Of a stretch of 64,000 nt of DNA, positions 14,030-25,288 are shown one piece after another. The position numbers and the translations under genes are program-made. The stretch covers positions 51,646,001-51,710,000 of the forward strand of contig NC_082714.1 of the NCBI RefSeq assembly GCF_030144855.1, written 5' to 3'. Under the pieces are notes generated by a model, which saw only the letters and a program-made list of their open reading frames with translations, had not been told where the DNA came from and made no database searches. This DNA is from Hypanus sabinus (Eukaryota). Position 1 is the stretch's first letter. Each line of letters starts with the position of its first letter.

Positions 14030-14450
14030 TTGTGGACACAGTACAATTCATCATAAAAAACCAGCCTCCCCTCCACATACTCTGTCTGAACTTCCTACTC
14101 AGGAAAGCAACCAACATCGTCAAAGACCCCTCCTACCTTGGACATTTTCTCTTCTCTCCCTTTCCATCAGGTAGAAGATACAAGAGCTTCAAAACTCACA
14201 CTGCACAGCTCAAGTACAGCTTCTATCCCTCTGATGTAAGATTATGGAACAGATCTCTTGTATGATAAAGATGAACTGTTGACATCCCAGTCTATCTCAT
14301 CATGACCCTTGCCCAGACCTTTCTCTGTAACACCATTTTCTGCATTGTTATTCTCTTTGTATGACCTTGATGTACTTTATGTTTTGGAATGATCTGTGTG
14401 GGTGACTGCTTTCACTGCACCTCAGTACATGTGATGCTAGAATAAAACAA
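14030..14450 (+). mobile_element. Rex1/Babar-like LINE 3' fragment
   Basis: KATNIVKDPSYLGHFLFSPFPSGRRYKSF...SFYPSDVRLWN. Confidence 0.7.
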
Positions 14451-14709
14451 TTGCCATTCTAGAAGGAGAAGGACATCATTATGAGTGCTCGATTATCAAA
14501 AGTCCCACCATTCAGCAACATGAAACCTGTTCAGCTATGAAGGTTAGCAAAGTGTGTGAGTGGGGGGGGGGGGGAATGCAGGATGGGGTGGAAGGCAAGT
14601 TGGAGCAATTCACTTCTCCCAGTCACACCCAGCACAGATACAGCAGTGAGAAGGAATGGCATCAAACAAGCAAGATTCCATTTAAAGGAGCAGGAAAACG
14701 AAAACATAC

Positions 14710-14769
14710 CTGACCAAACAGATTACACTCGTATTCATAGATCTTATTGAATCTTGAAAGCCCTTCTCT
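14710..14769 (-). CDS. TOP3A: TOP3A coding exon 2
   Basis: REGLSRFNKIYEYECNLFGQ; 60 nt; AG/GT flanks. Confidence 0.93.
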
Positions 14770-15017
14770 CTAAATGAAGCAAAAATGTAAATGTTATTGA
14801 CATTGTACCAAACCAAACCAGGTTGAGTGAAAATCTAAAATAAAAACCGAAAATGCCCAAGCAGCACCTGCAGAAAATGATACAGGACGTGTTAACTCAG
14901 GCCAGTGATGAGTGGGAAGAGAAGAACCATTTACAGTGGTGGAGCTGGAGAGAGGACATCCAGAGGGGAGAGTAGGGAAATATCCTGGAGATGTGTGGCA
15001 ATATTTGGCAGACCTTT

Positions 15018-15575
15018 TGGAGGGTGAGAAGGATGAGGGGTTTTGAGGGGAGGGTGGGGGTTGAGGGGCGAGGGGTGGGCAGGTGAGAGGGAAGGGGGTT
15101 GAGGGGTAAGGGGGTGAGGGGGCAGGGAGAGGGAGGGGGAATGGGTGGGGCAGGGGGTGAGGGAGCAGGGAGAGGGAGGGAGAATGGGTAGGGGCAGGGG
15201 TAAGAGTAGGGGCAGGGGATGGTGAATGGGAGGCAGTGGGTATGGGGGAGGGTTGGGGGTGAAGGAAAGGGGGTGGGGTGAAGGATGGGGGTGGGGTGAT
15301 GGGGGGTGGGAGGTGAAGGATATGGGGTGGGTTAAGGTTGGGTGGGGTGTGGGGGTGAAGGATGGGGGTGGGGGTGAAGGATGGGGGGTGGGGGTGGATG
15401 GGGGGTGGGAGGTGGATATGGGGTGGGTTAAGGATGGGGTGGGGTGTGGGGATGGATGGGGGTGGGGGTGAAGGATGGGGGTGGGGTGAAGGATGGGGGT
15501 GGGGGTGAAGAGGGGGTGGGAGGAGAAGGATGGTGTTGGGGCTGAAGGACAGGGGGTGTGGGGTGAGGGGAAGAG
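15018..15575 (+). repeat. G-rich low-complexity tandem tract (GGGGTGAAGGATGGGGGTG-like units) in TOP3A intron 1
   Basis: Dozens of G3-G7 runs and almost no C on the plus strand. Confidence 0.9.
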
Positions 15576-15776
15576 TAGATGGCGGTCCATCAAAAACGTG
15601 GAGGGCTGTGTTAGTTGAGAGATTTGAGGTACCCAAGGGTTGACTTAATCAGAGAGGTGTGGTGATGGTGGCGTAATGTATGGTGCACGGAAACGGCTCC
15701 CCTGGAAGGATAGCGGCGGGATAAAGTTGGGAGTGGTTGCTCCAATCTCCTAAATGTCAATACACCGGGTTCTTAC

Positions 15777-15914
15777 CCTCCGGAAGCGTCCAGCCGACAT
15801 GATCTCTGCAATGGCCTTAGCCGCGTCATTTTTCTCGGCCACACATAGCACCTGACGGACCTGCGACCGGCGACTTACAACGCTGCTCATCATTCGCCTG
15901 AGCACCACTATCAT
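15777..15914 (-). CDS. TOP3A: DNA topoisomerase III alpha, coding exon 1
   Basis: Translates MIVVLRRMMSSVVSRRSQVRQVLCVAEKNDAAKAIAEIMSAGRFRR (TOPRIM start, VLCVAEKNDAAK); 138 nt; donor GTAAG; CpG-rich context. Confidence 0.93.
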
Positions 15915-15998
15915 GCCGAGACAAGACCAGGCCCCGCGTTCACGTCGCTCGTCTCACCCGCCATCAGGGTTGGCGCCTCACAGTCGCGCTGCCCGCGT

Positions 15999-16012
15999 GC
16001 GCCCCCTGGCGC
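15999..16012 (-). promoter_or_regulatory. CTCF-like motif in the TOP3A promoter
   Basis: Minus strand GCGCCAGGGGGCGC versus consensus CC(A/G)CCAG(A/G)GGGCGC. Confidence 0.5.
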
Positions 16013-16825
16013 TCACCTCCCGCAGCTGACACGGCTGGTCAGTCCGGACCCCGCTGGTCAGTCCGGACCCCGCTGGTCAGTCCAGTCTCCGCTGGTCACC
16101 TCCCGCAGCTGACACGGCTGGTCAGTCCGGACCCCGCTGGTCAGTCCAGTCTCCGCTGGTCACCTCCCGCAGCTGACACGGCTGGTCAGTCCGGACCCCG
16201 CCGGTCACCTCCCGCAGCTGCCACGGTCGGTCAGTCCGGACCTTGCTGGTCAGTCCCGGTCCCCGCTGGTCAGTCCGGACCCCGCTGGTCCCCTCCCGCA
16301 GCTGTCACGGCTGGTCAGTCCGGACCCCGCTGGTCACCTCCCGCAGCTGTCACGGCCGGTCAGTCCGGACCCTGCCGGTCACCTCCAGCAGCTGTCACGG
16401 CCGGTCAGTCCGGACCCTGCCGGTCACCTCCCGCAGCTGTCATGGCCGGTCAGTCCGGACCCCGCTGGTCCCCTCCCGCAGCTGTCACGGCCGGTCAGTC
16501 CGGACCCCGCCGGTCAGCCCCGGTCCCCTCCGGTCAGTCCAGTCTCCGCTGGTCACCTCCCGCAGCTGCCACGGTCGGTTAGTCCGGACCCCGCTGGTCA
16601 GTCCCGGTCCCCGCTGGTCCCCTCCCGCAGCTGTCACGGCTGGTCAGTCCGGACCCCGCTGGTCAGTCCAGTCTCCGCTGGTCAGTCCGGACCCCGCTGG
16701 TCAGTCCAGTCTCCGCTGGTCACCTCCCGCAGCTGACACGGCCGGTCAGTCCGGACCCCGCAGCTGTCACGATAGGTCAGCCCCAGTCCAGGCCGGTCAG
16801 CTCGGACCCCGCCGCTCAGCTCAGT
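16013..16825 (+). repeat. CpG-rich minisatellite (~45-bp unit with ~20-bp sub-units)
   Basis: Repeats of CACCTCCCGCAGCTG(A/T)CACGG(C/T)(T/C)GGTCAGTCCGGACCCCGCTGGT mixed with GGTCAGTCCAGTCTCCGCT sub-units. Confidence 0.95.
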
Positions 16826-17309
16826 CACGTCCACTACTGGACCCTTGAAAACGTAAACTACTTTCCACATCTGGGAAACCGCTTTCAAGCAAAGGTGGAT
16901 ATCAACGTGACATTCGCCCTTGAGTTCAGTGCAATTTGCACAGCCTTTGACCATCCAAAGGAAAGTAACCTTTAATGATTAAAAAGTCTAACCAGGTAAT
17001 CCCTTGGGCAGCAGAAATCCCCACTCTCTTCTGAGATAGTGGCTACCCACTGCAGAGACTTCAGAATGCAGGTGTTTACTAACAATATCTGCACATATTT
17101 CTGCAAAGCAAGGGAACCAACATCACTGTCCCCTCTCAAGCCAACATCTGCAGTGAGGAGGTTTTGATTACCCTCTGAAAGCAAGCAGTTGCCAAGAGGA
17201 AATGATTCAAGGATGTTCACAACCCCCCTCCCCCAAATCAGAATCAGATCAAATAATATCCCCATTTAGTCATGAAATTGCCTGATCCATGTCTACCCAA
17301 TGTATCAAG

Positions 17310-17785
17310 GTTCAAAGTAAATTTGTTATCAAAGTACATACATATCACCATTACAACTTTGAGATTCGTTTTCTTGCAGGCATACACAGTAAATCCAAAA
17401 GACAATAGAATCAAATGAAGATCTCACCCAACAGGATGACAACCAACCAATGTGCAGAAGACAATAAACTGTGCAAATAAATACAAGAAATAATAATAAT
17501 TAAACAATAAATATCGAGAACATGAGATGAAGTGTGCTCAAAAGTGAGTCCATTGGTTTTGGGAGCAGTTCAGTGATGGATTTTCCCCTCTAGTTCAAGA
17601 GCCTGATGGCTGAGGGGTAATAACTGTTCCTGAACCTGGTGATCTGGGCTCTCAGGCACCAGCACCTTTTTACTGATGGCAGGAGCAAGAAGAAAGCATG
17701 ACCTGGGTGGTGGGGGTCTTTGATGATGGATGCTGTTGTCCTGTGACAACACTCAGTGTAGATGTGCTCAATGGTGGGGAACCGC
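17310..17785 (-). mobile_element. Rex1/Babar-like LINE 3' end
   Basis: SIIKDPHHPGHAFFLLLPSVKR...TRFRNSYYPSAIRLLN plus a 3' UTR also seen at ~34790-34980 and ~36980-37099. Confidence 0.75.
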
Positions 17786-18457
17786 GATGGTCTGGGTTGT
17801 CCCTGCAAATAGCAGGGCAGATGCAATTACTCCCTAATCACTCAGCACTTGCCTCATCAAGCACCCTCTGTGCCACCAATGGTCCTACCTTAGTCTCAGC
17901 AATCACCCCAGGAAATGCAGGAATGGAAACAGTCATCCTCAGCCCATGGGACTGCTTCAGAAGAAGCTAGGAATCCCAACCAAAGTTAGTTGCAGAGCTC
18001 CAAGATATCTGACAAGCAATACAATTAACAGACATGATATGTGTTTAAAATCTAGGTCTTTACCCCATATAACCCAATGTAAGTAAAAAACACTTTCACA
18101 TAAGTAACACATCACAAAAGAGACACTGAAATATAAAAAAAAAATCTGTATCCAAGCTCAGGTATAAGAATAGAAAATGGTAGAAAAAAAAGGTTAAAAT
18201 ATCATTTCTCCCCATTAAAATCTCAATCTTTAATGATGTTATAACAAATTATGGGTGTTGAATCAGGTCCTACCCATATGTGAAATATACCTTGTCAAGC
18301 CAGAGGGATCCATTTCTAATTATAATAAAACTTTTTTCCCATTTGCATACAATAACATTTTAAGAGATACTGAGATAGACGTTAATGCTGTTCCTCTGAT
18401 CAAATTAACCGTGGCCTGTGGGTTTACTGCTATTAATGCCTGTCAAATGTGTTCAGT

Positions 18458-20168
18458 ACAACACACACAAAATGCTGGTGGAACACAGCAGGCCAGGCAG
18501 CATCTACAGGGAGAAGCACTGTCGACGATTCAGGCCAATTCCCTTCATCAGACTAACTGAAAGGAAAGATACTAAGAGATTTGAAAGGAGGAGGGGAAGG
18601 GGGAAATGCGAAATGATAGGAGAAGACCGGAGGGGGTGGGATGAAGCTTAGAGCTGGAAAGGTGATTGGCGAAAGTGATACAGAGCTGGAGAAGGGAAAG
18701 GATCATGGGACTGGAGGCCTAGGGAGAAAGAAAGGGGGAGGGGAGCACCAGAGGGAGATGGAGAACAGGCAGGGTGATGGGCAAAGAGAGAGAGAAAAAA
18801 ATGAACAACTAAATATGTCAGGGATGGGGTAAGAAGGGGAGGAGGGGCATTAACAGAAATCAATGTTCATGCCATCAGGTTAGAGGCTACCCAGCCGGTA
18901 TATAAGGTGTTGTTCCTCCAACCTGAGTGTGGCTTCATCTTGACAGTAGAGGAGGCCATGTATAGACATATCAGAATGGGAATGGGACGTGGAATTAAAA
19001 TGTGTGGCCATTGGGAGATCCTGCTTTCTCTGGTGGACAGAGCGTAGGTGTTCAGCAAAATGGTCTCCCAGTCTGCGTCACGTATCACCAATATATAACA
19101 GGCCACACCGGGAGCACCGGACACAGTATACCACACCAGCTGACTCACAGGTGAAGTGTCGCCTCACCTGGAAGGACTGTCTGGGGCCCTGAATGGTGGT
19201 GAGGGAGGAAGTGTAAGGGCAGGAGGGAGATTGGTGGGAAGGGATGGGGGGGGACGAGTGGACGAGGGAGTCACGTAGGGAGCGATCCCTGCGGAAAGAT
19301 GTGCTTGGTAGTGGGATCCCGTTGGAGGTGGCGGATGTTACGGAGAATTATATATTGGACCAGGAGGCTGGTGGGGTGGTAGGTGAGGACAAGGGGAACC
19401 CTATCCTGAGTGGGGTAGTGGGCGGATAGGGTGAGGGCAGATGTGTGGGAAATGGGAGAGATGCGTTTGAGAGCAGAGTTGATGGTGGAAGAAGGGAAGC
19501 ACCTTTGTTTAAAAAAGGAAGACATCTCCTTTGTCCTGGAATGAAAAACCTCATCCTGAGAGCAGATGCGGCGGAGACGGAGGAATTGTGAGAAGGGGAT
19601 AGCATTTTTGGAAGAGACAGGGTGGGAAGAGGAATAGTCCAGGTAGCTGTGAGAGTCTGTAGGCTTATAGTAGGTATCAGTAGATAAGCCATCTCCAGAG
19701 ATGGAGACAGAAAGATCAAGAAAGGGGAGGGAGGTGTCGGAAATGGACCAGGTAAATTTGAGGGCAGGGTGAAAGTTGGAGGCAAAATTAATGAAGTCAA
19801 CAAGCTCAGCATGGGTGCAGGAGGCAGCGCCAATGCAGTCGTCGATGTAGCGAAGGAAAAGTGGGGACGGATACCTGTATAGACTTGGAACATGGACTGT
19901 TCCACAAAGCCAACAAAAAGGCAGGCATAACTGGGACCCATGCGGGTGCCCATGGCTACACCTTTGGTTTGAAGAAAGTGGGAGGGGCCAAAGGAGAAAT
20001 TATTGAGAGTAAGAACTAATTCCGCTAGACGGAGGAGAGTGGTGGTAGAGGGGAATTGGTTAGGTCTGGAGTCCACAAAGAAGCGAAGAGCTTTGAGACC
20101 TTCCTGGTCTGGGGGTGGAGGTATATAGGGACTGGACGTCCATGGTGAAAATAAGGTGGTGGGGGAAC
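18458..20168 (-). mobile_element. Penelope-like retroelement, 5'-truncated and frameshifted (RT + GIY-YIG endonuclease)
   Basis: RT motif FLQTKGVAMGTRMGPSYACLFVG; GIY-YIG region reads AGVVYCVRCSRCGLLYIG; 9-bp TSD GTGTTCAGT at 18449-18457 and 20169-20177. Confidence 0.88.
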
Positions 20169-20792
20169 GTGTTCAGTGACAGCTCGCTACTGAAGTATTC
20201 GGAACCAAAGATAGGGCAAAGCACGGGGCCGGGGAAGATTGGACTGGTGCACCAGTGTACCGGTTCTTTTGTCGTGTGGAGAATCATGGTGGTATACGTG
20301 ACATTAATGAGAAATTTACAAGCCTTTTTATCCTCAGAAGGACCCCTGATTGGAAAGGCTTTCGCGGGATGCAGGTGTGTGCATTATAGAACAATTGAGA
20401 AACTTTGGCAACTGAATTTCTGAGGTTGGGAGGCATCGCCGGCTCTAAAGCACATGACCTTGAAAGTCGTTCTTTTCAGAATTAAATATTGGTACTGAAA
20501 GGATCTATAATTTAACGCTGGCGTGAATCAATTTTGAATTTTGTAACATTTGCGCCAGGGAATATCGTAAATGAACTGAAAACGAACTGCTGGATGGACC
20601 AGATGGGAGCCGCCTCACCCCCATCCCATTGATGCTGCTCGACCCACCGAATTTGTACGGGAACTTGTGTTTTTTTTTGCACCAGAATTCAGAATTTGTA
20701 GTATCTTGTGTCTCCAATGTTGTAAAGGAGATTGTCTTACTTCCCGGGGATCTTCAAGCGTATTAGAACGCATTCTAAAGGTTTGTTGTCTC

Positions 20793-20821
20793 ATGTCGAG
20801 GAACCTTCGCGAGTTTCCTCA
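20793..20821 (+). CDS. UQCC4: Candidate UQCC4 coding exon 1 (MSRNLREFP...)
   Basis: ATG in a locally CpG-enriched region; 29 nt ending CA|GTACGG, phase 2, which fits the acceptor at 25289. No homology support by eye. Confidence 0.35.
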
Positions 20822-23785
20822 GTACGGTGTGGAACTAGATTCTGTTTGGCCATATAAAGACGGATTGGATTTGTTCTGTACTTTGATGAGGATCTATGGA
20901 CGAATCCAAGATAAATCATCTTGGTATGCCTGGTGGCAAATACTTCAGCCCTGTCTTTGGTTCTGATCTTCATCGTCGGGGGATGAAGCCTTCTAATCAC
21001 CTGCCAACATTTAAGATTGGATGTGACTGGGCTGCAGAGTTTTGATCTTACTCGTTGAGGGTTCTCTGAGCTGTAGTACGCGCTGCGTATGATGTTCGCT
21101 TGATGCCGTTTCGTCAGGGTAACATCTTATTTTCATTGACTCCCTGGTGCAGCTTCTGAACTTTTACACTTATTATTGATCTGTTGGCTCGATTGTAATG
21201 GAAAATTGTGGATTATGGATACGACGACATTAGTCGTTTGGCCGTCTTGTCGTGTGCAGTCTCTCATTGTGTCGCTTTGTACTTACTGTGAATTCCCACA
21301 AGGGAATGACCCTCAGGGTTATATTTGGTGACATGTATGTACTTTCATAATGAGTTTACTTTGAAATGCCCAGTTTTGAACTGCAAGGAGGATCCATGGA
21401 AAAGAATAAACAGTCGATGTTTCAGGCTGAGACCCTTCTTCAGGACTTAAATTGCAAGGGTTGTTTTGTTGGATCTGGTAGATGATCATTGTGCCTCACA
21501 ACATGACAGATGTCCTTAGCAAAAATTCTTTTAGGAATTTTGTGCAGTGGTCACTATTATAAGCACTGTCATGGGCAGTTGTGGCTGTGATGTGCATATT
21601 GGTGAAGCATGTTTATCCCTCGTGTTATCTAAACACTGCCCACGGCAGACTGGGTGTGCAGTAGGTAGCGTGTAAGTAAATGTGCTTGACCTCACCTTCA
21701 CCAATGTTACCAGGACTCAGTCAACTTGGTCAGATTCTATTCTTGCTTTTGGACATTACTGTCTCACCTAGTATATATTCACTATCTGTGTTACTCATTC
21801 AGTTTCTTTCAGTAGTTTCAGATGGAAGAGAGTTGATTCATTAGCTGAGTGTGGATGGCTCGTGGTAATCAGTTCATATTAGTTAATAGTGGGTGATATG
21901 GCCAGTTGAATTTTTAATCTACTTTAATATAGTGGATTGAAATGCTTTATAAGACTTCCAGGTATGACTGTTGCTGTGACTGTGGGGCTCAGCAGTTTTA
22001 GATAATATGCGAGTCAATGGATGTGGATTTAGTACAACTTAAAAGCTAAAAACCTTCGGATGCAAAGAATCTTAATGGCCTAATCCTCTTATTTCTCATG
22101 TTTATATACAGGCTAGTCTCTGTAATGTGAACCAAATGTGTCACCATTACAGGAATCAGGTTTATTTCTAATTTCAGGTAATCCAATAACTGAGTTTGAA
22201 CTCCTTTATATCCTCAGTTTGTTAATCAAGACTGCTGGATGAAGTATTCAAACCACCACATCCGGTGTAACACAGGCAAAATGCTGCAGGAATTCAGCAG
22301 GTCACGCAGCATCCATAGAGAGGAATGGAATGCCGAGGTATTGGTTGCAGAATCCCTTGTGTTTATGATTCACCACATCCGGTGCCCTATTGTAACACTT
22401 CTTGCAAAACATTCCTGAATTGCTTCAAAGCATTATAAACAAAATTTCACATTAAGCTGTGCAATTTGGACTGATGACCAAAAGGTTCTTCTCAAAACTC
22501 TGACTAACCTTAAAGGAGGAAAATGGAGGAAATGGCAGGTCGTGGACAGCTGAATGCAGAAGTGGTCATTAAATTCAACGATGAACAGGGTTCAAGGAGA
22601 GTACAGTAGACATCTTGCAAGCCTGAATGACGTAACAGGAAGAGAACGACAAGGCTAAGGAAGGAGTTATTAGCAACAGTGTAGCTATTAAAATTAAAAC
22701 TGTAGTTGAGAAAGAAAAATGGGGTGAATGAGATGCGGTGTGATTTAGAAGACAGATGATCAGGCTGCCAGGAGTGCATTAGAATGGTCACTTTTAAGAG
22801 CTAATCATGATACAGGTAAGTTTTTTGGCAAAAGATAGGCAGTGTAACTCCATCTTGATGATGGCCTGATTTAGTACATAACAAATCAGACCAGGTTTAT
22901 TATCACTGACGTAGTATGTAGTGAAATTCATTTTGTGTCAGCAGACAGTGCAATACATGAAAAATTACAATAAATGTACATAAAAATAAGTAGAGCAAAA
23001 TGTGAGGTCATGTTCATGGTTTGCTCAGAAATCTGATGGCAGAGGAGATGAAGCTGTTTCCAAAACATTAAGTATGTGTATTCAAGCACTCTACCTCATT
23101 CCTTACGGTAGCAATGAAAAGAAGCCATGCTCTGGATGGTGATGGTCAGGTGAATGGATGCTACCCTCTTGAGGCACTGCCTTTGAAGTTGTCCTCAATG
23201 GTAGGGTAGCTCGTTCCCATGATGGAGCTGTCTGAGTTTACAACCCTCTGCAGCTTTCTCAGATCCTGTGCATTGGCCCCTCCATACCAGACTGTGAGGC
23301 AACCAGTTAAATGCTGTACACAGTACATGTGTAGAAATTTGCTCAAGTCTTTGGTGACATACCAAAATCTCCTCAAACTCATAATGAAATATAGCTGCTG
23401 GCATGCCTTCTTCATATTTGCATCAAAATGTTGGCCCGGAATAGATCTTCAGTTCCTTGACGACATTGAGTGCCAATTTTTTGTTGTGGCACCACTCAAT
23501 CAGCTGACCTACCTATAAATTTCCTGTACGCCTCCTCGGAGATTCTGCTGACAACTGTTGTGTCACCAACAGGTTTATAGATGAAGCTTGCGCTGTGCCT
23601 AGCCACACAAACATTCCTGAGGTTTGCCCCTGATGAGGAGATACTACTTCCATTTTGGACTGACTAGTCTCTCAATGTGGAAGTCAGTTGTAGAGGCCCT
23701 GACGAGGTTTTGAAGCTTATTGATTAAAACTGAAGGGATGATGGTGTTAATTGCTTAACTGTAATCGATAAGCCTGATATAGGTT

Positions 23786-24439
23786 ATATTGACGCAGACT
23801 GGGAGACCATTTCGCTGAACACCTACGCTCTGCCAGAGAAAGCAGGATCTCCCAGTGGCCACACATTTTAATTCCACGTCCCATTCCCATTCTGATATGT
23901 CTATCCATGGCCTCCTGTACTGTCAAGAAGAAGCCACACTCAGGTTGGAGGAACAGCACCTTATATACCGGCTGGGTAGCCTCCAACCTGATGGCATGAA
24001 CATTGACTTCCGTTAATGCCCCTCCTCCCCTTCTTACCCCATCCCTGACATATTTAGTTTTTTTCCCCCCTCCCTTTTTTCTTTCTCTCTCTGCTTGTTT
24101 TCCATCTCCCTCTGGTGCTCCCCTCCCCCTTTCTTTCTCCCTAGGCCTCCTGTCCCATGATCCTTTCCCTTCTCTAGCTCTGTATCCCTTTTGCTAATCA
24201 CCTTTCTGGCTCTCGGCTTCACCCCACCTCCTCCGTCTTCTCCTATCATTTCACATTTCCCCCCTCCCCCGCCTCCTACTTTCAAATCTCTTACTAGTCA
24301 GTTAGTCCTGACGAAGGGTCTTGGCCCGAAACGTCGACAGTGCTTCTCCCTATAGATGCTGTCTGGCCTGCTGCGTTCCACCAGCATTTTCTGTGTGTTG
24401 CTTGAATTTCCAGCATCTGCAGATTTCCTCATGTTTGCC
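23786..24439 (+). mobile_element. Penelope-like element 3' fragment
   Basis: Close inverted homologue of 18458-19090; flanked by the 8-bp direct repeat TATAGGTT (23778-23785, 24440-24447). Confidence 0.85.
24303..24340 (+). ncRNA. Minimal type I hammerhead ribozyme motif (Penelope-associated)
   Basis: gtc-CTGACGA-a-GGGTC-tt-GGCCC-GAAAC-GTC-gac: intact core, stem II, palindromic ACGT stem III, short stem I. Confidence 0.6.
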
Positions 24440-25288
24440 TATAGGTTTAGCTGATCTCTGAGCGGAGAGCCAGGGAGATTACATTTGCTGTACACTTATT
24501 GTGGTGATAAGCAAGGATCTGGGCCCGCTGCAATTTGACTTGGTTGGAGTTAATTCTAGCTGTGACCAACCCCTCAAAGTACTTCATCATGGTAGAAGTG
24601 AGTGCTACTGAGTGATGGTTGTGGCAACTCACCCTGCTCTTCTTGGACAGATGGGAGCCTCCAACTGAAGGAGTGACACTCTGAAGATGACCCTGGAACA
24701 CTATAGCCAGTTGGTTGGAACAGGTTTTCAATGGCTTGCCAGGTACACCATCAGGGCCTGGCACCTTGTGAGGGTTCACCCTTTTTAAGGGTGTTTTGAT
24801 ATCAGCCTTTGAGACATATGTCACAGGGTCACCAGATACTGCAGGAATTCACAGAGGTATAATTTCATTCTCCCTTTCAAAGCATGTGTTCAGCTCTTTT
24901 GGGGAGTGAAGCATCACAGCCATTTATGATGTTATCTAGGAGACAAATAAATTTTGTGAACATCCTGTTGTGTTTTAGACCAATGCCAAGAGAGACGGTG
25001 TTGGTGGCTATGGAACTTGAATTACTAATTCTATTGAATGTAACATAAAATGCAGATTGTGGGCAACAAATGTTTCGTGGGGTGGCCACCCTTGACAGCA
25101 CATATTCTAATCCTGTCTGATCCTCGTAGCCAGTAAACATATGCAAGAGCTTCTTATCTGGATTACTAGAAGGGGATTTAGAGATGGAGTCGCCTTGAAG
25201 GAGAGGAGAAAGACAATGTCTTTTTTTCCCAGCATGATTTATAGTTTAATGGCCTACTCAGACAAACTGTTGTTTTGTTTCTCTTCAG

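Larger units (their letters stand above)
22890..24870 (-). mobile_element. Degraded Rex1/Babar-like LINE (RT to 3' end), interrupted by a Penelope fragment
   Basis: RVNPHKVPGPDGVPG...ISLAL continues across the insertion as YIRLIDYS*AINTIIPS, then KKACQQLYF...LTGCLTVWYG. Confidence 0.75.

Noticed and set aside
14794-15636. Pro/His-rich ORFs of 280 and 220 aa
   Set aside because: Artefacts of the stop-poor C-rich strand of a low-complexity tract within TOP3A intron 1.
16243-16848. 201-aa repetitive ORF and superficially CRISPR-like array
   Set aside because: Translation of a minisatellite; no unique spacers, no cas genes, eukaryotic context.
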